From assembly GCA_040954595.2 (NCBI GenBank), contig CM082578.2, forward strand, positions 7,053,519 to 7,117,518: DNA of 64,000 nt. Direction: 5' to 3'. Shown piece by piece: positions 51,772-64,000 of this stretch (positions within the stretch are counted from its first letter, which is position 1; each line of letters begins with the position of its first letter). This stretch comes from Balanoglossus misakiensis. Its lineage: Eukaryota; Animalia; Hemichordata. A program made the position numbers and the translations under genes. The notes beneath the pieces are model-generated. The model worked only from the letters and a program-made list of their open reading frames with translations, did no database searches and was not told the DNA's origin.

Positions 51772-52093
51772 TTTTTATTTATTATACTGGACCTGAATAT
51801 AAATAGATCATGCTCATATTGTGTTGAGGAAAAAAAATAAGCAGATTTTTGAACCTTTGCTTGGCTTGTCATCTGCTGTGCCTGTACACTGTAGGATGGT
51901 ATCCAACAATAATACACAATCAGAGCTACAATGCTATAATGGCCCCTTGTCGTAGTATTGTTAGGAATCATCATACAAGTACAGTGCACATGAGCAGCAT
52001 GCAAATGTTCACAAATCTGCACATCCGTTCTCCTAAACACCATATGTGCATGATCAGTTGGGTGTATACTTACCTGTTAGATGGCCAAACCTA

Positions 52094-53177
52094 CCCCAAA
52101 ATCCGTGGGAATTGTTTGTCATTATCCAGTTTCTCTACTAATTTTTTTTCTTATTTTAATTGAATAATAAGGTCTTCAATTGGTCCGGAAAAAAATGGTA
52201 TAGAGTATTTTATCTCATAAATGACATTTGAAGACTTGGGTTTAAACAATTAATGCGGGAAATGTTCGTACCATAAAATTTCGAAATTACCCAAATCTTG
52301 TGATCTTTTGACCTCTTTGACCTAAATTCAGAACAAAATTGCAACAAATACATATACAATCGCTAGAGTGCTAAAAAAACACACAATTTGAGAGGTAGAT
52401 GACAGTTCTGGCTTTATTTTTGCCGGAGTTACAACTACTTAAGTTTCCCCTACCCCAATATCAGGGTCTGAAGTCTTGTGCCATTCTTCCGTATCTCTGT
52501 ATTTGTGTTTTTCTGATCGTAATTGAATAATAGGGTTTTTTATTGGTTTGAAATAGATTCTGGGAGAGTATTTTATCTTCTAAATGACATTTAAAGACTT
52601 AAGTTAAAATAAATCGTTCATGAAATAGTCATACTACAAATGTTCAGAATCACCCAAATTTCATGACCTTTTGACCTCTATTGGCCTTAATTCAAAACGA
52701 ATTACCACCAAAATATATTATATTGGTAGAGTTCTAAAAACACACAATTTGAGTGGTAGATGACTGTTCTGGGTTTATTTTTGCCGGAGTTACAAGAACT
52801 TAAGTTTCCCCTACCCTTAAATCTGAGTGGAAAATTGGATGTCTTTCTGTCGTTTCTCCTTATTAGTGTTTTTCTGGTCATAAATGAATAATAAGATTTT
52901 CTATTGGTTTGAAATAGATTCTGGGAGAGTATTTTATCTTCTAAATGACATTTAAAGACTTAAGTTCAAAACTATCGTTCAAGAAATAGTCATACTACAA
53001 ATTTTCAGAATGACCCAAATTTCATGACCTTTTGACCTCTATTGACCTCAATTCAAAACGAATTACCGCCAAAATATATTATATTGGTAGAGTTCTAAAA
53101 AACACACAATTTGAGTGGTAAATGACTGTTCTGGCTTTAGTTTTGCTGGAGATACAGCAATTTAAAGTTCCCCTACC
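52094..53177 (-). repeat. Subterminal tandem repeat, 3 x ~361 bp, right arm (inverted)
   Basis: Reverse-complement units marked by TTCCCCTACC near 52445, 52806 and 53168. Confidence 0.88.
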
Positions 53178-56100
53178 CCCAAAATTTGGGTCGGAAATTT
53201 TTATGTTCTTACATTAGTTTTTGAGGGAAAAAATGCAGAAAGCTACTCGATAGGCAGGGCTATCACCCCAATTTATAATCTAGAGATATAGGCCTTTCCA
53301 AAAAACCACATGAGGCTTTGTCCATCTTTCTGATACCAATTCATGAAAAATCGGGTCCTGGCCCATGGACTAAGGATCTCTTTCATTTCCTTTCAGTCAA
53401 AAAAAATTCCAAACTATTCATGGGTGTAAATGGAAATGCTTACCCTAATTGCATCACATTATTGGAAATTCTAGTTATTATTAAATTAATGGATCCGTCA
53501 AGTATAGATTCGTCAGCATGATGTTAGCAACGATTCAAACATCGATTAATATTTCATAATGATCTTGCATCTGGGGAAATGTCATATTATTTTGCCCATC
53601 ACCTAACTTGACAGGTAAAGATGATAGTGATATTAATTGTACGGTGGCCCTTAAATAAGCATAATTGCAAATGCTATCGGTGATCTTGATATATTTTTTT
53701 TTGGGGGGGGGGTTGATAGTAAATTACAATATTCAGGGCATTGAACTTTATATCTGTCACTTTTATCTTTCTGCAGTATTACAACTATCCAGAGATCTGA
53801 ATTTGGTGTGAATTATTAGTGAGGCCAAATTATTAAGGAGACTTCTTGTAATTGTCTGGCAGCCAATATAAGTGCAGCACATCAAAAAAACCAATATACC
53901 CCCCTTCTGAAATCCTGTCACTCGAAGCAAACATTCCTGGTATCAACTATCATATCATTGACCTCAGAAACCTCAACAGATATATATTTATCTTGGAAAT
54001 GACACAAAAGCCTGTTATTTTAATGATGTTTATAACTGCTGATTGCTTCTAAATGCATCGCTTAAGTCTCTCCGTGTTTTCCATTTTTAAAAGAAGTGGG
54101 CATGATAGAGAACACTTGCTGATAATTTCACCAAAATACAGCCTTAGGCATAAACAGCTGAGACAGGGCTTTACACAGACATGCCATTGCTATTCATAGC
54201 CAGCGTGTTCCTCGTTAAAACCTAGACAGCGAAATAAAACTCACTGCCCTGATAAGTCACCACGGGTACGCAACAACAATCGTCAGATATTCCATGGTAG
54301 TAGTAGTACATAACATTTCTATGGGCAAGTTTTGAATGCTAGCATCCTTTATAATTTCTGTGTTTGTTCAGCAGTAGCTTACAGGGGTGGGGTATACAAC
54401 AAGAAGTGATTGTGTTACGTATGGCGTGGGTTGTTAGGAATAAAACACATGACTGCTCTAGTTGTGTGGGAAAATTTCATCCAATTATTAGACTAATGAC
54501 ATCACTATCTGTCTGGCATCAGACTTGACTGTACAATATAGGACAGCGTCTCTTGTTTCTGACTTGCTGACAGAACTCAGTTATTTGATTAAAAATGCAG
54601 AAAAGTCTTCATCAGACTTTTACTGTGCAATACGGGACACCACCGCTACATTATAAAAATGACAGAGTTAAATCTTCTCAGTACTAAGAGACAGATGCTG
54701 TCTGTTATCTAAATGTTTCTTCTTGGCAATGCTATTAGATTCCAGTGTTTGTGTTGACAACTAAAACATGCCCTTGGGCAACTAGTAGCCTTGTCTTTTG
54801 CCATACAAACACAGTGTTTTGTATTGCGTTCTAGCACATTTCAGGTGGTGGGTTTCAGGTCTTGTTTCAAAAGGTTCTGTAACATTTCATCTTTTGTGAA
54901 GAGATAGCGAGACGTTCGAGTGGTACCTGTGTGGTTGACATGTCTGTGGTCGTATTTGACAAGACTGTCCATTTGCAGTTTTTGCCACAAAGTAAACAGT
55001 TGGCAACTCTGATAGAATTACTGAACCACATCCTTTCAGATGCACGCTGTGTGTTATCTAACTCCTCTTGAATGAATGACACAGTGCAAAAACACCAATC
55101 AAAGCCTTTTGCTGTTAAAATTTTCTTGAGCGCAACGAACGTTGCACGAGAGATTGATAAGAGAAATGTCAGCTCTTCTGTGTGGAGACGTAAATTTCGT
55201 GCTTTTTCCTGTGACACATTTTCTGTTGAAACACGACAAGTTCCATGAATATTACCGTAGCGCGCCCCATTCATTTGCTCTTATCCAATTTTCGCTTTCA
55301 TTACGGAATAATTGCGCGCTGTGGTGAGTCTGCGAGTATAATAGTTGACTCTATCCAATCATGCCATCTTTTAGCCAGGCCCGGTTTCAGTTCCTTTCTA
55401 ACCTTTTCCCCAGGTAGTCACATGGGAACGGGTGTTTTTACTATCCAATCTGTAGGTGAAGTAAGGTCATGTGGGTGTGCTTTCGCTCAATAGTGAAACG
55501 GAGAGAGAGAATGGAGCGCACAATAGATGAAAAGTAGTGCAGCATCTCTGAACCTGGCAGTCTTTTCAACTCCATGCTAATAATAATGTCACAAAAGCCT
55601 CCAATGAAATGACACGTCTTGCATTGATAATTCAAATGAAGCCCTACTTTGCGGCCTTTTTTAAAGCCTAGATTTTTGGGGGTTGATGCCCTGGAAGGTC
55701 AGGGGGTGTGTGGTGGCAGTATATGATGTGAAATGCCAGTCAGCGCTTGGACTCAGACAGGGTGTGTTGGGGTACACTGTACACAAGTGCCTAATCAGGA
55801 AAGTAGTGGCACATTGGGAATTAGTACAGGCTCTCTCTTGTGTCTCTCAGTGTTTGCCAGACTGAATTAGACAACTGGCAACAGACCCTAGAAACCAGAA
55901 CATTACCTTTTCATATGTTAGGCAGCGTCTTTTCTGAGTTGGATGTAGGCAGTACGAGTCATGTAAACCCCATCCCCCCTCCGAATCTAACAGATGAGTG
56001 ATAGTAATCCTCAGCAAATGTGTTTTGATGGAAATGTGGAACTCATCATCATACATGCATCACGCATGCACTAATGAGAGAACATCGTGCATGCATTCCA

Positions 56101-59100
56101 AACTGCATCTGTTAGCCAAGTGGCATTTATTTAGGTGTTCAAGGCAGGGAGTTGGTTAGCTGGGAGACTGCATCAGGCTGACATGGGCTGGCCAAGTTGT
56201 GCGGCTAGGAATGGATGCAGATACATTGTATGAGCAGGAACAGATGCAAACTATGTCCAAACTAGAATGCAGGGTCATGTAACTATGTATTTTATCTTGA
56301 AAAAGATTTTTAGCATATTCATTTTGAAGTCTAGACAACTCCCATTTTATAAACAAGACATTGATGAATCCCACAGAGAAGACATTGATGGATGCTTTCT
56401 GGGTCATCAGTATGTCGTAGATGTAATTACAAGAAATTGAATGATCACTACGAGGAGTGTATGAACAGATGAATTACACATGTAGATGGACTCGGTGTCT
56501 TCACACAGACCAACTCAGTGTTGACTTTAGATGAGGTGACATCATTTATGTTTATTATGTCCAAGTTTCTTTTCAGGACGTCATCTTTGTTCCTCTATTT
56601 TTAGTTGTGCAGATGTACAATGCATGTGAACTTTTTTTTATGTCATTGAATGAAACACTTTGAAAAGAATATCTTTATATGAAACACTGTGAAAGCATAT
56701 TCATTACACAAAGAGACAATAGAAAGAAGTCATTGTTTTATAACTGTTGACAGTTATTTATATCTTTCCCCATTGAACCATACCGCAATGCTGGAAGTGT
56801 AACAGTACAGACCTACAGAAAACAGCTGTCACTCTGGTTTTCATGGAATAAATACAGTGATGTAATCTTGTCATGTGATAAAGAATGGTGTAAAAAGTGC
56901 ACCAGTTATCTCTCTGGTCATTTCGATCTCTTGAATGAGATGTAGAGTAAGGCCCTGGTGATAGTTTTGGCTGTTCTGTTGTTATCTGTCTTGGCTGTTC
57001 TCAGGCGTACGTGCTACTCTACTACTAGTGTGGGCCCTCTTCTGAACAGAACAGCAAAGAATCAGCAAAAGTAATATATAAAGATGGCACCTAACCCTAC
57101 ATGTACATCTGAGTTTAATCAGATTGTGGTCATTTATGATGTCTCCAGACTCCCCAAGCCGAGATGTATGCTGTATTGTGACTGCAAAGAGATCAACCTT
57201 TTTTCTATAAACAGTCAATCTATACATTGTAACTTCACTGACAGTGGTCAAGCCTGTAAGACACTGTCTGGTTGCTTGTGTCTGATGAAGTACAGCTGAT
57301 TTTGAAGGGGTGATTTTGCTGAGATCAGTAAATGCTCAAAGTAGTAAGGAGAATGTGGTCATGGTGTGGGCTCTTGCAGGGTTTAATCATTCAAATGAGC
57401 CGAGTTTGTTGGTTTTCCAACGAGTTATTTAGGAGTCCAGTGTGCTGTATGCTTGGGCACAAGGAGCATGTTTACCCCCATTTGATGTTGTGGGTGTTTT
57501 TTTTATTTGTCAGAAGAGGTTATTTCCATTGTTCCGCACCTTGTTATTGCATGATAAAGTGCCAGTTCTGAGAACGCCATACTCCCAGAGTGTCGTTGGG
57601 AATAGTATATCATCTTTGTGTGCAAACATCTGCATGCTTGAACGCCTACACAGCTTAGCGGGAGAAATAAGCATAAACACTAAATCATCATAGGTCAGTA
57701 GTTCTGTTTCTTGTCCCACAATGTCTTGTACTTTTGCCAATAGATTCAGGACAGGAGAGGGGAATTCCTTAAGATAGGGAAAAGAGCCCCAACCTATATT
57801 TAGCAGTATAAGTGTTCTATGTGATACCTAATATCTTCTCTGGATGTTAAAACAGTAATACTTAAAGTGGCAATTTTGCCTTTTGACCTCGAACTCTTGA
57901 GTCCTTGACCTCTGCATAGTAATTGGCTTCAATCACACCAGAAGGTGGATGTTTTCCAAACCGGATCACGTTTGACATGCAGATCGTTCAGAGAGCATGG
58001 GAATGAGAGACCAATGGGATGGAGAATATCCCAGCGGTCAGTAGAGGTCCCCTGTATGTGGTCAGCCAATTCTGTGTACCCCTGTAATTGTACATTTTTG
58101 TGGGATTTCGTAGTCAGTGTACTGACTGTTTGCTTCTAGACTTAGGGACACTTGAACTATTATTTTACGGTGCTGTCAGTTTTCGTTATTTGTTTGGCAG
58201 GTGGCTGATGTGTCGTGTCGTAGTGTTGCCATGGCAATTAAACCCGGTTCTGTTCAGGGTGATGTGCAGTCACTACAAGACATAGTGATCAGTTGAGATT
58301 GAGGTGTATGTGTGATTCATTTGCAAAGATATGCCAGGCACACTTGTTCAGCACTCTGGGAGATCATATACATGTATGTGGTGACTTCATTCAGAATTCT
58401 TTATGGATGATATAATTTGATTTGGATCCTGCAAACAATTTATTCAAGTATACGTATGTCTATATCACTGATGTGCTTTCTATCTAGACTATGCATACCA
58501 GTAATCATATTTTGTGTCTGTATCATCCGATATCTACACACAGATATATCCATTTTTCATACCATATTGTTGACAACCAGGAACAGATTGTTCACTCTGT
58601 CTGCAGCTGTTCTCGTGTGGAATACGATATTCCCAGACAGCTATCCGGTTTGTTTTCTGGTGAATTTTCGAGTTTGTTCAGCTGTACCAATTACGGAAAA
58701 ACGTGTGAGGGAAAAAAGAGATGTGAAATCTCCCAGATTACAGAGAGTTGTGATTTGTGATTCAGTCAGTGTAATTGAGATGGAGAAGATCCAGAGAGAT
58801 TAGTTGCCGAGGAAATGTGATGAGACGGTGTTGTATTGACTCATGTGAATTAAGCCTTTGGTGGCGTGTCCAATTTCACAGTTTTTTTGGTAGATTTCCA
58901 TTGGTCCGCTGTGATTGAGACTGACCCCCCCTCACAGGTTAATCCACACAATTTCCGGACACCTGTTCAAGTAGACCGGTACACTAGAGTCATTGGATGG
59001 GATGCCCTGGGTTTCTTTCTTTATAAATCATTATTTTGTGTCGTAAAACACAGTTACCAACCAGAGTGCAAACATTATAATAATCGTACCTCTGCAAGTT

Positions 59101-62100
59101 CAGGGCAGGCAGCCGGGCTGTGTTGACACGAGGCGACTCATTTGTGAAATATGTGAAACCTTGATGAGGACATACATACATGTGCTGGCTCGGACTAGAA
59201 TTTCCCGGAGTGCAAATTGTTTCCATCGGCCCATTAGGAGGCTTGATGGAATGGATTAGGCCGGACTCTTGAAATACGGTAGCTATATATTCCACTTATG
59301 TCTAGACTGTCTGTGTTTACATTTCTTAACAGTAGAGGCACTCTGCCTGGTTTGATTGTGAGAGAGTTTTATCGAAGGGAAAAATGCAACATATGGTGTC
59401 AGGTGCGCGAGATTCATGAAATTGCCTTGGTGTGAATTATCTCTCTTTCCAACCTCCCGTGTGTACAGTGCTGTTGATTACTATGTAGTAAATGTCACAC
59501 TCTACGTCAGCAAACAAAATCTAATCATTTGTGTGGGTGAACCAGGTTTATACAGAATAATAAATCCTGGGATGTTTACTGTCTTATTTTTGTGAAACTA
59601 AAATAAATTTGTTTGGAAATCCTGTTGGAAATTGGGAAGCCATTTTGAATTTTGGTGAGTTTTAGGTTGTTTGTTCTCTAATTCATGAATATTTATGGTA
59701 ATTCCTGATTTGTTTTCCTCTGAACTCTCTGTGTTTTGTCTGCGCCAAAAAATTTATCTGATTTTACTTTTTACATCTGGCATTTTATAAATCTCGCCAG
59801 ACGAGGCAGAGCTGAAAACTGAACTCGGCGCCATGGCGATTTATCAGTGTTAGACAAGAACAAATACAGCAAGGATGATTGAAACTTCATACAGCCGCCA
59901 TTTGAATCTCATCAAACAGTGCCTCAGTTAGAATCCTGTCACTGTGAGTTACTGTCCCGCAACCAAATTAGGCTCCATGGTATAATGTGGTGACCTTACC
60001 GTCCATCAGGGTCTTAATTGAGCCAACAGAATGAGGAAAACAATCAGAAGTATGCATGCTATGTTGTGTGCTACAGTATTATATGCCCACTCAGTTACAT
60101 TTAGTGGGTATTTTTAGTAGGATGGATATAAACAGCTATCTGATGTGTCACCCTCATGATAACACAGGTGAGGTTGGGTGAGGTGCTCTCCCTCTCTGTT
60201 TTATGGCATCTCAAGAATCTGTGATAAAATTCAACACGTCAGTAACTCAGGATGGTGTGGATGTACATAAAACTACATTTCATGCAATTTATACTAGTAA
60301 ACAGCATTGATGATCCCGTTATAGAGTTTTGTATATGCTGATTGCACATCTTAAAATTTGAAGTTTTATTCAAATTCCCTTTCTGCCCCTTGTGTACGGT
60401 AGGTAATGGCCTTTGCTAGTTAACGCATATGATAGAGGTTTGAAATTCGGTAAGGCATTGAGCTTTGAAATTGAATTCTATTTGAATAATTCTAAGTATT
60501 AAGGCCACTAGCAAGACTTGATATCGCCCAAGCCAATAGCCATCTGCTACTTTATACCTTCTTTGCCTGACCTGTCAGTTTCCACTCCCTCATATCTGGG
60601 TTTTTACAAACTGGGATTTTATACTTATAGCAGTGCAATCTGTGAGAATTCTTATCTGCCACATTTTACATGTAGCTCTGTTTGCCCATCTCGAAGCCCT
60701 ATCTGATAGTGGTGATCCCACCAAGGCTATTTCTCATGTCAATCACAAACACAAGACGCTATGTTGGATACTGCAGGGAGTCTTCAAGTTAAGTCTGACC
60801 AGCTTTGTCTGGTCAAGTTTTGAATTTGTTTGAGGAGAGATAAATTTATGCTTTGCTACCTTTTCTGAGACAGATAGATATTCTAAACAATTTTATTTCT
60901 TACACCCAAGCAGAAGACTGTCCCACTGTGTATAAATTGATTTCAACCCTCGTTTTTCTCAGACAACAAGATCACCATTTTCATCACTCATAACTCCAGT
61001 CTTCTGTTGCCATTATTAACTCTAGTCTCACTTCAACCTCAGACAGCCAACTTGCATGTATCCTTCAGGTCACCATGGTTACCCACGAGTCAGAAAACCA
61101 CACACAGTAGTGTGTGCATATACACACATGGCCAGTATCTAATCTTTCGGATGTGTATTACATGTATTTTTGTCACAGCCAGGAAAAGACAGACCAGATT
61201 GTGTATTTGGCAGATCACCCTTTCAATCGAAGGCATATTTTGTGATCTGCACGTTTTCTCTCACCCACTGTATTTATTTGCGTCACTTTCTCAATTTGAA
61301 CACAAATACACAAACCCGGTGAAATAAAATAAATAATGACACTGAAGCCAAGTGAATGATTGATCAAATTAATGAACGGTGACAAAATAAAATCCTGCAG
61401 GTCCTGCAGTCTTGTTGACAGCCACATCTCACGATTTTCCATACAAGATTCTGTCACGTGACATAATTTCACTACCAGGGAAACCATTTCTCCCTGCATA
61501 AATTTTCATAGTGCGTCTGTTTCAATTACATGATGCAGAAGCACGCAATTTGCTCTGTGCAATTGATGAAGGAGAAGCTGGTTTCTGCAGTGTTTGTGTC
61601 CAGCGAAAATAGTAATTAAATTGTGTCATTTACAGCCGAGATAGTGAAACCAAAGAGGTGACCTCTTTAATAGTGATAATCAATGATCGCCTCCATCAAA
61701 AGTGTAATGCTCCCATTTACATTGACCTGACAGTCCTTTGCATTTCATTCAGCGGTCTATCTGAAAACATAAAAAGGGGACCTCAGAAGACCTCAGAGGC
61801 GACACAACCCCTGCCAGGTATCCCCAGGGGGGACTGTCACTGCTTTGTTGGGTTTTATGGGGAAATGGTATTCAGAGGTAGCCGCAGCTGTTCTCTGCAA
61901 ACTGTACATGGTCAAAAAGAAAAGGCTTATAGTTCTATTGATATTAAACGGATGGAAAGTTTCGTGTTGAGAAAAGGCGCATTTTTCCCTATTGATGTCA
62001 GTTTATTGTCAAAAGTCATGTTCATTGACAGATGGTTGCAGACTGTATTTAATGGTAGATGTTGCGTGTGAATATTTGCTGTGACAGATGAAGGTGGATT

Positions 62101-64000
62101 GTAGGTAGGAGAGCATTGTGAGATGCACTCAGTGTGTATGTGTGTAAAGCAGTCAGCATGCACAGTATTATTCTCCAAACCAGGAGTATTAGCACGTAAG
62201 AGAAATTGTGTTATCATTGAGTGACATCACCCCTCCCTCCAATAAGTTTCTCATTCTGTTTATTTCTGTCTTCGCAAGGATTGAACACATCTGCCAGTGT
62301 CAACACCACATTCAAAAATACCGTCATACAATTGTAATTCATGCATTCCAAGTTTGACATTTCCTGGATTTGCAATTTCACCTGGCCACTTCAGTGTCGT
62401 CAGGTGGCTTGTGTCAGGCAGAGGAAGTCATCAGTGGAAATTATTGATGACGGGAAATTTGGTTACTAATTAGTAAGACACGAAATGTTAGGTATTCCTT
62501 GTCTTCTACAAGTACAAGTCGTTGCGCAGGTATTTCCAACAGCCAATTATATTGCTGTAATTCACATCCCGTAATTAGCTTCGTGGAATGATGACATTTT
62601 CAAGGTGGTTCTATAACTATGCAAATATCACACTCTGCAGGTACTAGAGGTTACTCATTTAGTTTGTTGCAGCCTGAATACATTAATGCAGAATTTAGGT
62701 CACCGGGAGGTCATCTCACAAGATGGCTCTGCGGGTTGATTTTTATCAGTTCCCAACACTCAACAACCACCTTCTAACTATGTCAGTATTCCACCGAGCA
62801 CATTCTTGAGTATCAGCTAACCCAGTTAATATTACATGGGCTGGTTAATGCCTTTCCAGTACTCTCAGATAGGGAATCCAGTATTCTCACGTTTTGTCCC
62901 GCATCCTATAGCTCATCCAGATGTCTTTTTCCCATAAGCGTGTTTTTCAGGCATGGAAATTATATTGACCTGGTAAAAATATTACCTATATAGTGTGTGA
63001 GTTGTATTGAACTGCCTAAAATACTGTCATCGACTGTATATCTTCAACTTCTGTACTTGATGCGATACATCATGGCGCTATGCAAACAGATGTTCATGAT
63101 ACGATTCAACCTCTCTCTGGCCTCTGTTTGTCAGAAGGGCAGCGTGCCAGTTATCCTTATTTTATGGACTCAATAACAATCTCGCAGCATATCATCCATC
63201 CGTTACTTGTTTACTCAGACCTTCCATGTTTTGTCAAGTGTGTCCCACCAAATTTCTGAAAATTCCCTGCAGCGCTCGCAAGAAAATAATGTCGGTAAGA
63301 ATTTCCATTTGTCAATATCACTAGCAATGGTATATGTTTATTCAAACTGTTCAACGCACATGAATTTGAAAAAAAAAATTATATCTGTAGGGACTTTTTT
63401 GTAAATTACACTTTCTGATCAGTTTTCCTTTTTTCCCAAACCATTCTGTTTGAGTTATTGAAAAACATCAAAAGCGTGTCCTGAAAAGAACTGTAATGTG
63501 AGGCGATGGTGACAATACATATATACTCTCTTTGTCAGACTTTTCACACAAGCAGCAGCTTTACTCATTGGCCAATTTACCCATGGTATTACGGATGGAT
63601 CTAGAACGGACTGGTGATATGCTGTGATAATTAATAAAATTGTCTGTTGCATCTAAAAAGTACTGTTGACCCAAATAATATTTTCACCTTATCAAAATTC
63701 ATGCATGTGCACACTCTAACTTAATTAGTAAATAAATAAACAATCTACCATTATCCAGAGACATTAAAAAAGCCACTTCTGGAATATTTGAAAAATATTA
63801 TCCTGAGAATACTATGTATTGATGTTTATCTTCTTTTGCTATGCTGCATTTTAGTTTTATTTAATGGCGTATTAAAAACAATCCAATTTTTATTTTTAAA
63901 TTATTAACTTCCTAAAAATATATTTCATGTGCTGGTTCTTGCTAGCGTTGTTTTTGAACTCAGTGGCTGTAATAATTCTGACATGAAGTAGAACAGTGAG

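Larger units (their letters stand above)
48646..53372. mobile_element. 4.7 kb near-palindromic non-autonomous DNA transposon (Academ-like) with ~2.13 kb inverted arms
   Basis: Termini TAGTCCATGGGCCAG ... CTGGCCCATGGACTA; AGG on both flanks (48643-45, 53373-75). Arms 48646-50775 and 51235-53372 are reverse complements around a ~460 bp spacer. Superfamily call is an inference from TAG termini, 3-bp TSD and the protein motif. Confidence 0.88.

Noticed and set aside
49846-52163. Extra ORFs 49846-50313, 49966-50196, 51654-52043 and 51849-52163
   Set aside because: Duplicated only because of the palindrome; differently interrupted in each arm; no protein-like features.
59801-59855. Exon-like segment after cgccag with GCCATGG
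   Set aside because: In-frame stop follows quickly and no donor is evident.

Overview
AT-rich eukaryotic (animal, probably marine invertebrate) genomic DNA; the six-frame ORF track shows only exon fragments. From GT-AG junctions and reading-frame continuity I rebuilt four intact multi-exon genes in the first 27.3 kb: CRELD (+, 1158-8055, with an extra terminal exon at 10641-10909 ending in the ER-retrieval motif HEEL), TMBIM4/lifeguard-4 (+, 12143-14639), SHQ1 (-, 16302-20616) and PNPLA8/iPLA2-gamma (+, 22425-27324). SHQ1 and PNPLA8 are head-to-head. A perfect ERSE lies upstream of CRELD. Introns carry several non-autonomous DNA transposons (Tc1/mariner-type with TA, Kolobok-like and piggyBac-like with TTAA). 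From about 31.5 kb to the end I find no recognisable host coding exon; this looks like the promoter, non-coding first exons and very long intron(s) of another gene. The most unusual structure is a 4.7 kb near-palindromic transposon (48646-53372, TAG..CTA termini, AGG target duplication, Academ-like). It consists of two inverted ~2.1 kb copies of the transposon 5' end, each including the transposase N-terminus, so it could act as a hairpin-RNA 'transposon killer' locus. Gene identities rest on recognised protein motifs; no database search was run.
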